From an uncultured Planctomycetota bacterium (GTDB taxonomy: Bacteria; Planctomycetota; Planctomycetia; Gemmatales; Gemmataceae): a stretch of 64,000 nt of DNA. The stretch is taken from contig CAWKHF010000002.1 in the NCBI GenBank assembly GCA_963849325.1, positions 832,001-896,000 on the forward strand. Direction: 5' to 3'. Position 1 is the stretch's first letter. Every line of letters starts with the position of its first letter. The notes under the pieces are model-generated. The model worked only from the letters and a program-made list of their open reading frames with translations. It was not told the origin of the DNA and did not search any database. Shown here in pieces: positions 1 to 10,114 of this stretch. A program made the translations under genes and the position numbers.

Positions 1-84
1 CGAAGAAGGAGTTCTCCTTCTCGCATCCGTTGAGTCGATCAATTGCGCGTCCCGACAGCCGGAGTCACCCCAAGGAGGTGGCCC

Positions 85-1913
85 ATGTTCGCCTGGCTGA
101 AGACACGCACTAAGACCATCCGCAAAGACGCAAAAAGCGACATTACACCCATACCGACTCTTTTATTCTTCGGACGCATCTTGTGGACCAGATGGCTACG
201 GAGGATGGGACGAGCATGCCGCCGGTTGCTGGGGGGTGAGACTTCAAGCGTGTCCAGGCTCCCGAAACGTCGCCATCCTCGGCCGACGAGGCGGTTGGTC
301 CTGGAAGGATTGGAAGATCGCACAATGCCCTCGGTGACGCTGGTGGACGCACCGCCGGCCCAGCCGTCGCTCACTCCCGCAGCCCGCTACGCGCAGCCGT
401 CGATGCCTTCGCTGGCGAATGAGGCCATTCATGAGGAAACGCGCGCGGCCCAGTCCGTGCAGCCGGCGATGCCCTCTTCCTCCATGACGGTGTTGCAGAT
501 CCAGTGGCGACAGGCGGAGCATCCTTCAGTCCTCGGCTCCGACCGCGGTCCTGGCGAGGCACATCTCTTGTCTCCGGCCGGGGTGCCGGTAGCCGTGTCG
601 GTCTGGTACGGCGGGTTCGGCAGCAACGCGGGCCGAATCTTTCGTTCGGCTTCACCAGTGGTCCTTTCAGCGCTTCGGTCCTCGGCTTCGGTAATGGCTG
701 CGGAGATGGGCGGCGGCGGTGGCAGCTATACGACCGCAGCGGCCTGATCTCCGGCACCCTCGCCACGGGCGCGGCCGCCAATGGTCCGTACACGGTGACA
801 GTCAGCGCCAGCGATGCCCAGGGCAATAGTAGCGCTCAGCAATTCACCTGGAACGTCAGTCTGCCGGCGCACGCTCTGAGCTTGGCCAATCCCGGCAACC
901 AGAGCAACGCCGAGGGCGACACGGTATCGCTGCAGATGCAAGGCAGCGATCCCGACGGCGATACCTTGACGTACACGGCCAGCGGCTTGCCGGTGGGGCT
1001 GTCTATCGATGCGCAAACGGGTCTCATCTCCGGGACCGTCGATTACAGTGCGGCGGAGATCTCCGGCGGACAATATGCGGTGACGGTGGTGGTCAATGAC
1101 GGCAACGGCGACACCGCCAAGCAATCGTTCCAGTGGACGATCGCGGACACGGAGCAGGGTCCGTGGCTGGCCTATCCGGGACTGCAGAACAACGCGGTGA
1201 ATGACAAGGTGACACTGCCATTGCAGGCCGGTTCGCCCGACGGCAGGGTGCTGACATACTCGGCGGACGGCTTGCCGGCGGGCTTGTCGGTCAATGCCCA
1301 GACGGGTGTCATCAGCGGGGCGATTACGGCGGCGCCTGCCAATTACACGGTGACGGCGTCGGTGACGGATGGGTTGAAGACGGCGTCGCAGACGTTCACC
1401 TGGCAGGTATCAAACACGACGGCACCCAAGGTAACCCTGGCGATCAACGGCACGGTGGACCACAGCGACGACGTGGGCATCGTCGATCCGTCGTTGCGGA
1501 TTCCGCTGACGATCACGCTGACGAACGCGGGTCCGGGGACGCATCAGGTGCAGATCAACATTCCGTCGGGGTTTTCGGAAGTGGATGATTCGCAGTTCGA
1601 GATGACGGATGGCGCGACGGTGACGACATGGCTGACGCCGTTGCAGGAGAGCGACGAGCCGGATGACGTAGACATTCAGGCGAAGGTAGACGGCTTCCTG
1701 GCTGCGGACCAGAAGATGACCAACGTCAAGGTGAGCTTTGGCAACGACGGCCATGTCAAAAACGCAGATACGCCGACAGGCATGGCCGACCGTATTCCGC
1801 CGAGTGCGGATGCGGCGGTGAAGACACCGGTGCAATTGACGCTCAGCGATGACCTAGGTCCGGGCGAGGAGTTGTACTTGGTGATCCGAGGTGATGCGCA
1901 TAAGAGCCACTAA
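85..1913 (+). pseudogene. Planctomycete exported protein with putative Ig (He_PIG/cadherin-like) repeats; frameshifted near 730-745 and 3'-truncated by a MITE
   Basis: AAGGAGG RBS precedes ATG85. The N-terminus has the planctomycete extracellular motif RRLVLEGLEDRTMPS. The second frame has repeated 'DPDGDTLTYTASGLPVGLSIDAQTGLISGT' units. The stop codon lies inside the IS terminal repeat. Confidence 0.75.
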
Positions 1914-2077
1914 CAAAAAGAGTCATTTATAAGAACCGAAAGCATATCAGAGCGAGGGCGAGGTTGAAGTCGGAGACAAGCGGCTTGGCCATGACAATAC
2001 CTCCTGGGACGAGGGAATCGGTCCCGAGAGATAAAAAGGCGAATACCATGCCGATTGCCTCTTTTTGTTAGTGCCTC
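1904..2077 (-). mobile_element. 174-bp IS5-family-derived miniature element (internally deleted transposase)
   Basis: Terminal inverted repeats GAGCCACTAACAAAAAGAGTCA (1904-1925) and TGCCTCTTTTTGTTAGTGCCTC (2056-2077) match at 20/22. On the minus strand AGGAGG precedes ATG1992, which encodes MAKPLVSD-FNLALALICFRFL*, resembling IS5 transposase N- and C-termini. Flanks are TAA and TGA. Confidence 0.8.
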
Positions 2078-2378
2078 TGAAGATCCACCTGAACATCAAT
2101 CAATGACCAAGCCCCGCCGGCAGGATTGGGAACAAAAGCCCCTCCCGGATAGGCGGACCCCAACAACGCCTGCACCTCGAAAAGGGCTACGGAGGCGTCT
2201 TCGGCGAGGTAGAGAATTTCAAAGGCGGGATCGGCCAGAGTGCCGGGTTGAAACGGGTTGCGTGCGTTGTTGTATGAACCGTGCCGAGAGGATTGGCCAA
2301 GTGCCTGGGATGTAACGCGCGAACTCACGTCCCATGAAGCGGACGACGGGGTAGATGACCACATTGCGCCAGCTTCAT
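2068..2378 (-). pseudogene. RES-domain toxin remnant (internal stop, frameshift, C-terminus cut by the MITE)
   Basis: Reads MKLAQCGHLPRRPLHGT*VRALHPRH...TRFNP, then in another frame GTLADPAFEILYLAEDASVALFEVQALLGS (RES-type RF / LYLAE..VALFE motifs). ATGA overlap with the upstream antitoxin. Confidence 0.7.
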
Positions 2379-2582
2379 GAAAACGACCCGTTTCGGATGG
2401 CATCCAATAAGTTCCGCAACACGGGTTCCTTGGGCGTGCCCACCAGCGTTCTCGGCTTCTCGCCGCCCAGTTGATCGTTTTTCGTGTCGAGCCATTTGTC
2501 CGGCTCGTCAACGAGTTCGCGCACCGAGATCCTCGACCGAAGGCAAAGCGGTCGAATGCGGCTTTTTTTTCGGTATGGTCAT
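2375..2582 (-). pseudogene. MbcA/ParS/Xre-type antitoxin (C-terminal toxin-binding domain), frameshifted
   Basis: Manual translation gives VRELVDEPDKWLDTKNDQLGGEKPRTLVGTPKEPVLRNLLDAIRNGSFS*, with the WL...N..LGG..P motif. Lies directly upstream of the RES gene. Confidence 0.7.
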
Positions 2583-2711
2583 GAGGTAGGGATCTCGAGG
2601 GAACAGTGTGCCGCTTAAGATCGAAAAAGTCTCTTGAAACCTTTACGGGCCAACCCGCCGCGCCAGGAGGGGACGAACCCTTGCTGGCGCCGCGGGCTGG
2701 CAAAACACGTC

Positions 2712-3590
2712 TCACTCCTTTTGCAGCGGCGTCACCCACAGATAAACCTTGTGCGGCCGGCCGTCTTCCTTGGAATCAACCGTCACGACCTGCTTGGGCT
2801 TGACCCCTTTCATCTTGAAATCGTGGGAGACGATGCGCGATCCGTCCTTCATCTTCTCCAGCTGGGGGATCAGCTTGACGTTCAGCTCCGGCAGCAGGTA
2901 GAGCGTGACGACGCTGGCCGGCCGCAGGTCCAGCTGGAAAATGTCTTTCTCCTCGATGGTCACGAGCTTTTCGACCTTGCCGGCCTTGACGCTGTCGCGC
3001 GACTCCTGGACGCGCTCGGGGTCGATGTCGAAGCCCATCGCCTTGCAGCCGTACTTCTTCGCCGCCGTGACGACGATGATGCCGTCGCCGCAGCCGAGGT
3101 CGTAGAGGAGGTCGTCTTTCTTGGCCTCGGCGAGTTCGAGCATCTTGTCCACCACGTCCTGCGGCGTCGGCACGAACACCACGTCCGGCTTCCGTCCCGG
3201 CTTCTTCGCCTTCTTTTCCTTGTCCTCTTTTGTTTTTGTGTCCGCATTCGTTGTCTTCTCGACGGCCTCTTGGAGCAAGTCCACTTCCTTGTCGTCGCCG
3301 GCCCGGATGTGAACGGTCTTCTTCCGCGTGACGGATTTGCCGTCCTTCTGGTACGTCCATTCGAGCGTGTAATGATAGCTCTTGCCCGGCTCCAGCGGAG
3401 GCGAGTAGAAGCGGCGCAGCAGGCCGGTCTGCCGGCTCTCCTGGCCATCGATGACCAGGCGAGCGTCCGCGGGCAGACGGACGCGCAACGTCGCACGCTG
3501 CTCCTCCTCTCCTCCTCGGGCGGGTGCCAGCGCCAGCGCGAGACAGGCGCAGGCGAGAGAGGAACGACCCAGACGAATCGTGCTTGGCAT
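2712..3590 (-). CDS. Signal peptide + TIGR03000-type planctomycete domain + class I SAM-dependent methyltransferase
   Basis: ATLRVRLPADARLVIDG...RRFYSPPLEPGKSYHY domain; DVVFVPTP and YDLGCGDG SAM-binding motif; hydrophobic N-terminus. Confidence 0.85.
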   Translation of the reverse strand: MPSTIRLGRSSLACACLALALAPARGGEEEQRATLRVRLPADARLVIDGQESRQTGLLRRFYSPPLEPGKSYHYTLEWTYQKDGKSVTRKKTVHIRAGDDKEVDLLQEAVEKTTNADTKTKEDKEKKAKKPGRKPDVVFVPTPQDVVDKMLELAEAKKDDLLYDLGCGDGIIVVTAAKKYGCKAMGFDIDPERVQESRDSVKAGKVEKLVTIEEKDIFQLDLRPASVVTLYLLPELNVKLIPQLEKMKDGSRIVSHDFKMKGVKPKQVVTVDSKEDGRPHKVYLWVTPLQKE

Positions 3591-3606
3591 GGATGTGTCC
3601 TCCGCG

Positions 3607-5070
3607 TCAATCGGGACCAACCACGGACTCGATCGCGCGCTTGCCGGGTGCCCGCGGACGGGTCATCCGCTGCGAGACCCGATACAGCACCAACCCGGCG
3701 ACCGCCACCAGGCTGGACACGGCGAACAGGCCGCCCAGCAGGTCGAAGCGCTGCTGGGCGTAGCTGAGGCCGGCATAGATCATATAGGCACAAATGGCGC
3801 AAAAGATGAGGGGCAATTCCGGGTAGAGCGGGACGGTGAACGGACGGTGGATGTCCGAGTCACGCTGGCGCAGCACGAACAGAGATAGGCCCGTCAACAG
3901 AAAAAACGACCAGAACAGCGGGGTGGTAAAGACCGTCAGTACCTCGAAGCCGCCGTGGCCCTCCCACTGGACGGCCCCGAGTGCGCCGTGAGCCAGCACG
4001 TCGTTGACCAGGGCGCGGCCGGCCGGCGTGCCGACCACGCCGATCATGAAGAGGCTGACGGTCGCCTGCACCAGCAGCGCCCCCACGGTGCCCGGGTCCG
4101 TGCATAGCCTCGGCCGAGCCAGGCGAAGATGGGGTGATCGCCACCGAGGGACGAGTACACGCGCGAGCCGGAGAACAGCATGCCATTGATGGCTCCTCAG
4201 CGCCGACACCATGACGAGCACAGCCATCGCCCGCGCGCCCCACTCACCCAGGGCACGGGCCAGCAGGTCCGCGGCGATCGCCTTCGACTGCCGAGCTTGC
4301 TCGAAGCCCAGTCCCCAGAGGAAAGCCGCGTTGAGCAGCAGGTAGAGTATGGTAATAGCCACGGTGCCCAGTAGCAGGGCGCGGGCGATGGCGCGCGGTC
4401 CGCCGCGCACCTCGGCAGCGACGAAGGCCGCGTCGTTCCAGCCGCCGTAGGTCAACAGGACCAATACCATCGCCACGGCCAGCGACGGCGTCCCGCTCGC
4501 GGCGGGGACAACGACGGCGGTCATGGGCTGCGGCCAGCCGAACCCCGCCAGGAGGACGCCGCTCAGGCCGACGACCTTGGCCAGCGTCAGCGCGTTCTGC
4601 ACTCTCTTGCCGAAGACGACGCCCAGCAGGTTGAGCAAGGTCAGCGCCAGCACCGCTCCGCAGGCCCACGCCCACTGCCACGCGAACGGCACGCCCCAAA
4701 TCGGCGCCGCGTAATCGGCGAAGACGAAGCCCATCATGGCGATGTTGGCGGCGCGAATGGCGACCAGCTGAAACCAGGCGAACAGGAAGCCCAGCCACGG
4801 ACCGAAGGCTCGCGTCAGGTAGACATAATCGCCGCCGGAGCGCGGATAGGTGCTGGCCAATTCCGCGAAGCAGAAAGCACCCACCAGAGACAGAGCGCCG
4901 CCCAGGGCCCAGACGCCCATGGCCTGCCACGGCCCCGAGACGTTTCGCAGCACCAGCGGCGGCGTTTCGTAGATGCCTGTTCCAACGACGATGCCGATCA
5001 TGATGCTGACCACGTCCCCCAGTCCGAGCGGGGCATGGTGCGAGGAAGCCTCGGAAGCGGAACGCGCCAT
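3607..5070 (-). CDS. APC-family amino acid permease (compensating frameshifts around 4090-4200)
   Basis: IGIVVGTGIY, FAELASTYPRSGGDYVYLTRAFG, YGGWNDAAFVAAEV and RPFTVPLYP motifs. Confidence 0.9.
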   Translation of the reverse strand: MARSASEASSHHAPLGLGDVVSIMIGIVVGTGIYETPPLVLRNVSGPWQAMGVWALGGALSLVGAFCFAELASTYPRSGGDYVYLTRAFGPWLGFLFAWFQLVAIRAANIAMMGFVFADYAAPIWGVPFAWQWAWACGAVLALTLLNLLGVVFGKRVQNALTLAKVVGLSGVLLAGFGWPQPMTAVVVPAASGTPSLAVAMVLVLLTYGGWNDAAFVAAEVRGGPRAIARALLLGTVAITILYLLLNAAFLWGLGFEQARQSKAIAADLLARALGEWGARAMAVLVMVSALRSHQWHAVLRLARVLVPRWRSPHLRLARPRLCTDPGTVGALLVQATVSLFMIGVVGTPAGRALVNDVLAHGALGAVQWEGHGGFEVLTVFTTPLFWSFFLLTGLSLFVLRQRDSDIHRPFTVPLYPELPLIFCAICAYMIYAGLSYAQQRFDLLGGLFAVSSLVAVAGLVLYRVSQRMTRPRAPGKRAIESVVGPD

Positions 5071-5162
5071 GAGTTTGCATCCTTCCGGAGAGAGAGCGGA
5101 AGGACGGAAGATAGCCCATCCATCAAGGCATTGCAAGCGGGGAAAGGATCGTGAGAGAGTAT

Positions 5163-5236
5163 TACGCCCGGCAGGAATCGAACCTGCAACCTGCGGTTCC
5201 GAAGACCGCTGCTCTATCCAATTGAGCTACGGGCGC
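5163..5236 (-). tRNA. tRNA-Arg, anticodon UCG (CCA not encoded)
   Basis: Minus strand GCGCCCGTAGCTCAATTGGATAGAGCAGCGGTCTTCGGAACCGCAGGTTGCAGGTTCGATTCCTGCCGGGCGTA folds as a cloverleaf with anticodon loop CT-TCG-GA and T-loop GTTCGATTC. Confidence 0.95.
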
Positions 5237-5332
5237 GATGTTATTCCGTGTGGGTTTAAGTCTCCGGGAATGGAGGGATCGGACTCCTGAGGGACAGGAG
5301 AATCAAGACATCGAAGAACGCAGCACGACACC

Positions 5333-5360
5333 AATCTACCAGATCCCGTCTTCTTGACAA
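5333..5360 (-). promoter_or_regulatory. Putative sigma70 promoter for the tRNA
   Basis: TTGTCA-N16-TAGATT with a TG extension, about 100 nt upstream of the tRNA. Confidence 0.4.
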
Positions 5361-5383
5361 GGCGCGAAGAAGGAACGTGATTT

Positions 5384-5441
5384 GTCCGAGCCTGAAGCGT
5401 TAGCGAAGGAATGGCAGCTTCGCTAACGCTTCAGGCTCGGA
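5384..5441. repeat. REP-like palindrome, family A copy 1 (contains the ackA stop codon)
   Basis: TCCGAGCCTGAAGCGTTAGCGAAG...CTTCGCTAACGCTTCAGGCTCGGA; near-identical copy at 24394-24449. Confidence 0.85.
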
Positions 5442-6620
5442 GGAGCGCCGTCTCGCAGCACCCGCACCGTCTCGCGCACGATGGTCAGATCCTCGCGGGT
5501 GGCAATGACCAGAATGCGACCGCGCGACGAGGACGAGGCCACGTCCGCATCGGGATGACACCGGGCGTTGGCGTCCGCATCCAGTTCCAACCCCAGACAT
5601 TCCAACCCACGGCAGGCGGCGGCACGGATCGAGGCCGAGTGTTCGCCGACGCCGGCCGTGAACACCAGGGCATCGACGCCGCCCAGCACCGCCGTCATCG
5701 CTCCGATCGTCTTCCGCAGTCGGTGGACGTAGATGTCCAGGGCCAGCACGGCGCGGGCGTTGCCGTTGTGGGCCGCCTCTTCGACCTGCCGCATGTCGCC
5801 GGAAACACCGGAGACGCCCAGCAGGCCCGACTCGCGGTTGAGCACCCGATCTACGTCTTCGGCCGTGAGGTTCTTGTGCCGAAGGACGTACAGCAGCAAG
5901 CTCGGATCGACGGAGCCGCTGCGCGTGCCCATCATGAGGCCCTCCAGCGGCGTGAAGCCCATCGACGTGTCCACGCAGACGCCGTCGCGCACGGCGGACA
6001 GCGAACAGCCGTTACCCAGATGGCAGATGACCAGCCGCAGGCCGGCGGCGTCGCGCCGCAGCATCCGCGCCGCTCGGCCGGCACAGTAAGCGTGGCTGAG
6101 TCCGTGGAAGCCGTAGCGGCGCAGCTGCCAGTCGTGCGTCCAGGCGTAGGGGATGGGGTAGGTGCGTGCCGCCTCGGGCAGAGTGGCGTGAAAGGCGGTG
6201 TCGAAGACGGCGACGTGCGGCAGGTGCGGCCAGGCTTGCTCGGCCGCCTCAATGCCCTCCAGGTTGACCGCGGTGTGCAGCGGCGCGATGTCCGCTCAGC
6301 TCGGCCAGGTGTGCCTTGACTTGCGGCGTGATACGAACGCCGGACGTGTAGCGCGGCCCGCCGTGGACGACGCGATGACCCACGGCGGCGACGCCAATGT
6401 CCCTCTCGTGCAATTGCCCCAGGATGTGAGCGATCGCCGCTCCGTGGCGGACGGCTTCGAGTTGGGAGACGACCGGTTCCGACCCCGCCGCGCGGAGAAC
6501 CAGCTGCGCCGGCCTCCTCGACCAGTCCGCCTGGCCATCGAGAATCGTCTGTTCCCCCTCGGACTCGAGGACGCTGAATTTCACGGTGCTCGAGCCGGTA
6601 TTCAGGACCAGGACCTTCAT
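5423..6620 (-). CDS. ackA: Acetate kinase (frameshifted around 6250-6300)
   Basis: VLVLNTGSSTVKF, AVGHRVVHGG, CHLGNGCS, DTSMGFTPLEGLMMGTRSG and LVFTAGVGE motifs. Confidence 0.93.
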
Positions 6621-6754
6621 CGTCTTCTCCGATTTGGGAGGGAGGTCTACCTCAACCCCTTGCGTTGTCGCCAGCCGATCGACATACTAGCACACGAAGG
6701 AGAAGGGGTACTTGGCAGACATCAACCCGAAACCTACTCGGAGGCGAGCGTCCC

Positions 6755-7089
6755 ATGGTCGAGGAGCCTGGACAGGGCATGGTGCAGTCGGAGATCGTGC
6801 TCGACGACAGTGAGGCGCATTCCGCCTACTCGAATTTCGCGCGCGTCACCGCCACGCCGGAGGAAGTCATCATCGATTTCGCCCTCAATCCCAACCCGTT
6901 CGTGCAGGGCAAACATGAGGTGAAGATCACGCAGCGGCTGATCGTGAACTTCTACACGGCCAAGCGGCTGTGCCGGGCGCTGGCTGGCGACGCTGCAACG
7001 GATCGAAGCCTCGTTCGGCCCCATCGAGCTGGACGTGCAATCGCCGCGCCCAGGGCATCCAGCCGCCGGGCGGACCGATGCAGAAATAA
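6755..7089 (+). CDS. DUF3467-like small protein (frameshifts near 6990-7045)
   Basis: DDSEAHSAYSNFARVTATPEEVIIDFALNP...RLIVNFYTAKRL; the shifted frame continues LQRIEASFGPIELDV. Confidence 0.8.
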
Positions 7090-7152
7090 GGGACTAGGGA
7101 CTAGGGACTAGGGAAGAAGGCGCCTAGTCCCTAGTCCCTAGTCCCTAGTCCC
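7089..7152. repeat. Inverted tandem heptamer repeat (AGGGACT)n / (AGTCCCT)n
   Basis: About 3.5 copies of AGGGACT, a short spacer, then about 4 reverse-complement copies. Confidence 0.95.
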
Positions 7153-7186
7153 TTCTTCTGCGGTGACAAAAACGGGCGTAGGGGTG

Positions 7187-7215
7187 TTGCATTCCCGGCG
7201 GAACCGGGTGACAAT
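7187..7215 (+). promoter_or_regulatory. Putative sigma70 promoter for the DUF1549/1553 gene
   Basis: TTGCAT-N17-GACAAT. Confidence 0.35.
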
Positions 7216-7324
7216 AGGTGCGCTGCGAACTTCGGACGAGCGGCTCCCTCCTCCCCGGAGGGGAAACCCATCCGCTCGTCTCTTCCTGCCTGAATTGGTC
7301 CTGCCACCTTGGGGGGTATGTCTG

Positions 7325-9876
7325 ATGTCTCTCACACGATGTCCCGTCCTGCTGGCCCTCGCGGCCCTCACCTGTGCAGGCGGCTCCCTCTTCGCCGGCG
7401 ATCTCTACTCCGGCAAGGAACCCAGTCAAGCTCGATACGCGTCGCCCTGCCCAAGCCCGGCGAAATCAAGGCCTTCACCGTCCATCCGACGAAGATCGCC
7501 CTGAAAGGCATGCGACGACGCCCAGCAGATCGTCCTCACCGCCGACCTGCTCAACGGCCGATTCGCAAGACCTGACCGGCGACGTCAAGTACGAGGTGGC
7601 CGACAACAAGGTCGTCCGCGTCACCAGCACCGGCCGCGTCGTCCCGCTGGCCAACGGCACGACCGAGATCACCGCCATCTTCGGCGACAAGGTCGGTCAA
7701 GGTGCCGGTCACGACCGAGAACTGCGACGTGAACCTGCCGATCAACTTCGCCAACCAGATCGTGCCGATCTTCACCAAGCTCGGCTGCAACTCCGGCGGC
7801 TGCCACGGCAAGGCGAGCGGCCAGAACGGCTTCAAGATCTCGCTGCTCGGCTTCGAGCCGGAGGTCGATTACAACGCCCTGGTCAAGGAGGCGCGCGGCC
7901 GGCGCGTGTTCCCGGCCGCTCCCGACAGCAGCCTGCTGCTGCTCAAGGCGTCCGGCGGCATGGCCCACGGCGGCGGCAAGCGCATGGAGGTCGGCTCCGA
8001 CGAGTACCGCCTCATCCGCCGCTGGATCGCCGCCGGCATGCCCTTCGGCGAGAAGACCGATCCGGTCGTCACGCACATCTCGGTCTATCCCGAGCACCGC
8101 GTCATGACGCGGAACAACCAGCAGCAGTTCGCCGTCTACGCCCACTACAGCGACGGCACCGTCGAGGACATCACCCGCCGCGCCCAGTACGAGAGCAACG
8201 ATCAGGAGATCGCCGTCGTCGATGCGGCCGGCCTGGTCCGCACGCTCGGCATGAGCGGCGAGGCGGCCGTCATGGTCCGCTACCAGGAGCACGTCGCCAT
8301 CTTCCGCGCCACGGTGCCGCTGGGCGTCACGATCCCCGACTACACCTTCCCGCGCGCAGACCGTGGTCGATCAGCACACCGCACAAGAAATGGCAGGAAT
8401 CTCGGCCTGGTGCCCTCGGAGCTGTGCAGCGACGAGCAGTTCATCCGCCGGGTGTCGCTCGACCTGACCGGCACGCTGCCGACGCCGGCTCAGGTGCACG
8501 GCCTTCGTCGCCGACAAGGACCCGAACAAGCGCGACAAGCTGGTCGATCGCCTGCTGGAGTCGCCGGAATACAGCTACTATTTCGCCAACAAATGGGCGG
8601 ACATCCTGCGCGTCAAGCGCCGCAACCAGCCCGACCGGGCCAGCGGCACCTTCGCCTTCCACGACTGGATCCGCGACAGCATCGCCCGCGACAAGCCCTA
8701 CGACGAGTTCGCCCGCGACATCCTCGGCGCCAGCGGCGACGAGGTGACCAATCCGCCGACGGTGTGGTACAAGGAGCTGCAGAACCCCGAGCAGTTCGTG
8801 GACGACACGGCCCAGGTGTTCCTCGGCCTGCGCCTGGCCTGCGCCCAGTGCCACCACCATCCCTACGAGAAGTGGAGCCAGGACGACTACTGGGGCATCG
8901 CCGCCTTCTTCGGCCGGGTCGGCCGCAAGAACGTGCCGGTGCCCGGCGAGGTCAACAACCAGCAGGGCGGCCGGCAGGTCGTCTTCATCGCGCTCGCGCG
9001 GCAACGTCATCAACAAGCGCACCGGCCAGACGGCGATCATGAAGCCGCTCGACGGCAAGCCGATGGAGGTCGGCCCCGACGACGACCCGCGGCAGAAGCT
9101 GGTGGACTGGATGGTCGACGCCGGAGAACCCGTTCTTCGCCCGCGCCGTGGCCAACCGCTACTGGGCGCACTTCTTCGGCCGCGGCATCGTCGATCCGCT
9201 CGACGACATGCGCGTCACCAACCCGCCGAGCAACCCCGAACTGCTCGACGCCCTGGCCAAGGACCTGGTCGGACAACAAGTACAGCCTCAAGCACCTGAT
9301 CGCGCACGATCTGCAAGAGCCGGACCTACCAGCTCAGCTCGACGCCCAACGAGTTCAACAAGCACGACAAGCAGAACTACGCCCGCTACTATCCGCGGCG
9401 GATGAGCGCCGAGGTGCTGTTCGACGCGGTCAACCAGGTGGCCGACAGCCCGGCGCCGTTCGGCGGCCTGCCGCAGGACCGGCACGCTCCGAAGCGGGCG
9501 ATCATGCTGCCGGACGAGTCGTTCCCGTCGTACTTCCTCGACGTGTTCGGCCGGCCGCAGCGCATCAGCGCCTGCGAGTGCGAGCGCGTCAGCGAGGCCA
9601 ACCTGGCCCAGGCGCTGCACCTGCTCAACTCCGACGAGATCCAGGGCAAGCTGGCGCGGCCGGGCGGCCGGGCCGACATGCTGGCCAAGGACCCGCGGCC
9701 GGACGCCGAGAAGGTCGAGGAGATGTTCCTGTGGGCCTTCGCCCGCAAGCCGACCGACGGAACAGCGCAAGACGGCGCTGGAGCACATCGCCAAGCACGG
9801 CAAGAACAAGAAGGTCGCCTACGAGAACATCCTCTGGGCGCTGCTCAACACCAAGGAGTTCATCTTCAACCGCTGA
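7325..9876 (+). CDS. Planctomycete DUF1549/DUF1553 protein with Ig-like (Big_2-type) domains and heme-type motifs; multiple frameshifts
   Basis: FANQIVPIFTKLGCNSGGCHG, FIRRVSLDLTGTLPT, QVFLGLRLACAQCHHHPYEKW, ANRYWAHFFGRGIVDP, DVFGRPQRISACECER; ends WALLNTKEFIFNR. Confidence 0.85.
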
Positions 9877-9883
9877 TCGCACG

Positions 9884-9958
9884 CGTGGCTCGCGCATCGT
9901 TCATCGGGAATCGTGTTTTTCGATTCCCGATGAACGATGCGCGAGCCACGATTTTTTT
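9884..9958 (+). terminator. Perfect 30-bp hairpin built of CGnnnnT heptads, followed by a T tract
   Basis: 9884-9913 is the exact reverse complement of 9921-9950 with a 7-nt loop, followed by ATTTTTTT. Confidence 0.8.
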
Positions 9959-10114
9959 CTCTCACCGCTACAGCTTTCCATCCGACTCCGCTCTCCCACG
10001 CGAATCCGCTCCCGTACGTCGTCCGCCCGGCGCGGAGCGCGGGTAAACTAACGTGGCATCCGCGCCGAGCCGCGTTCGTGGCCCCGAGCAAGGTGTGTGG
10101 AACGGGTGGGACTC

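Noticed and set aside
1-5163. Genomic island integrated at the tRNA-Arg 3' end
   Set aside because: No integrase and no duplicated tRNA 3' end were seen, and the genes next to the tRNA look like ordinary chromosomal genes. An island boundary left of the window cannot be excluded.
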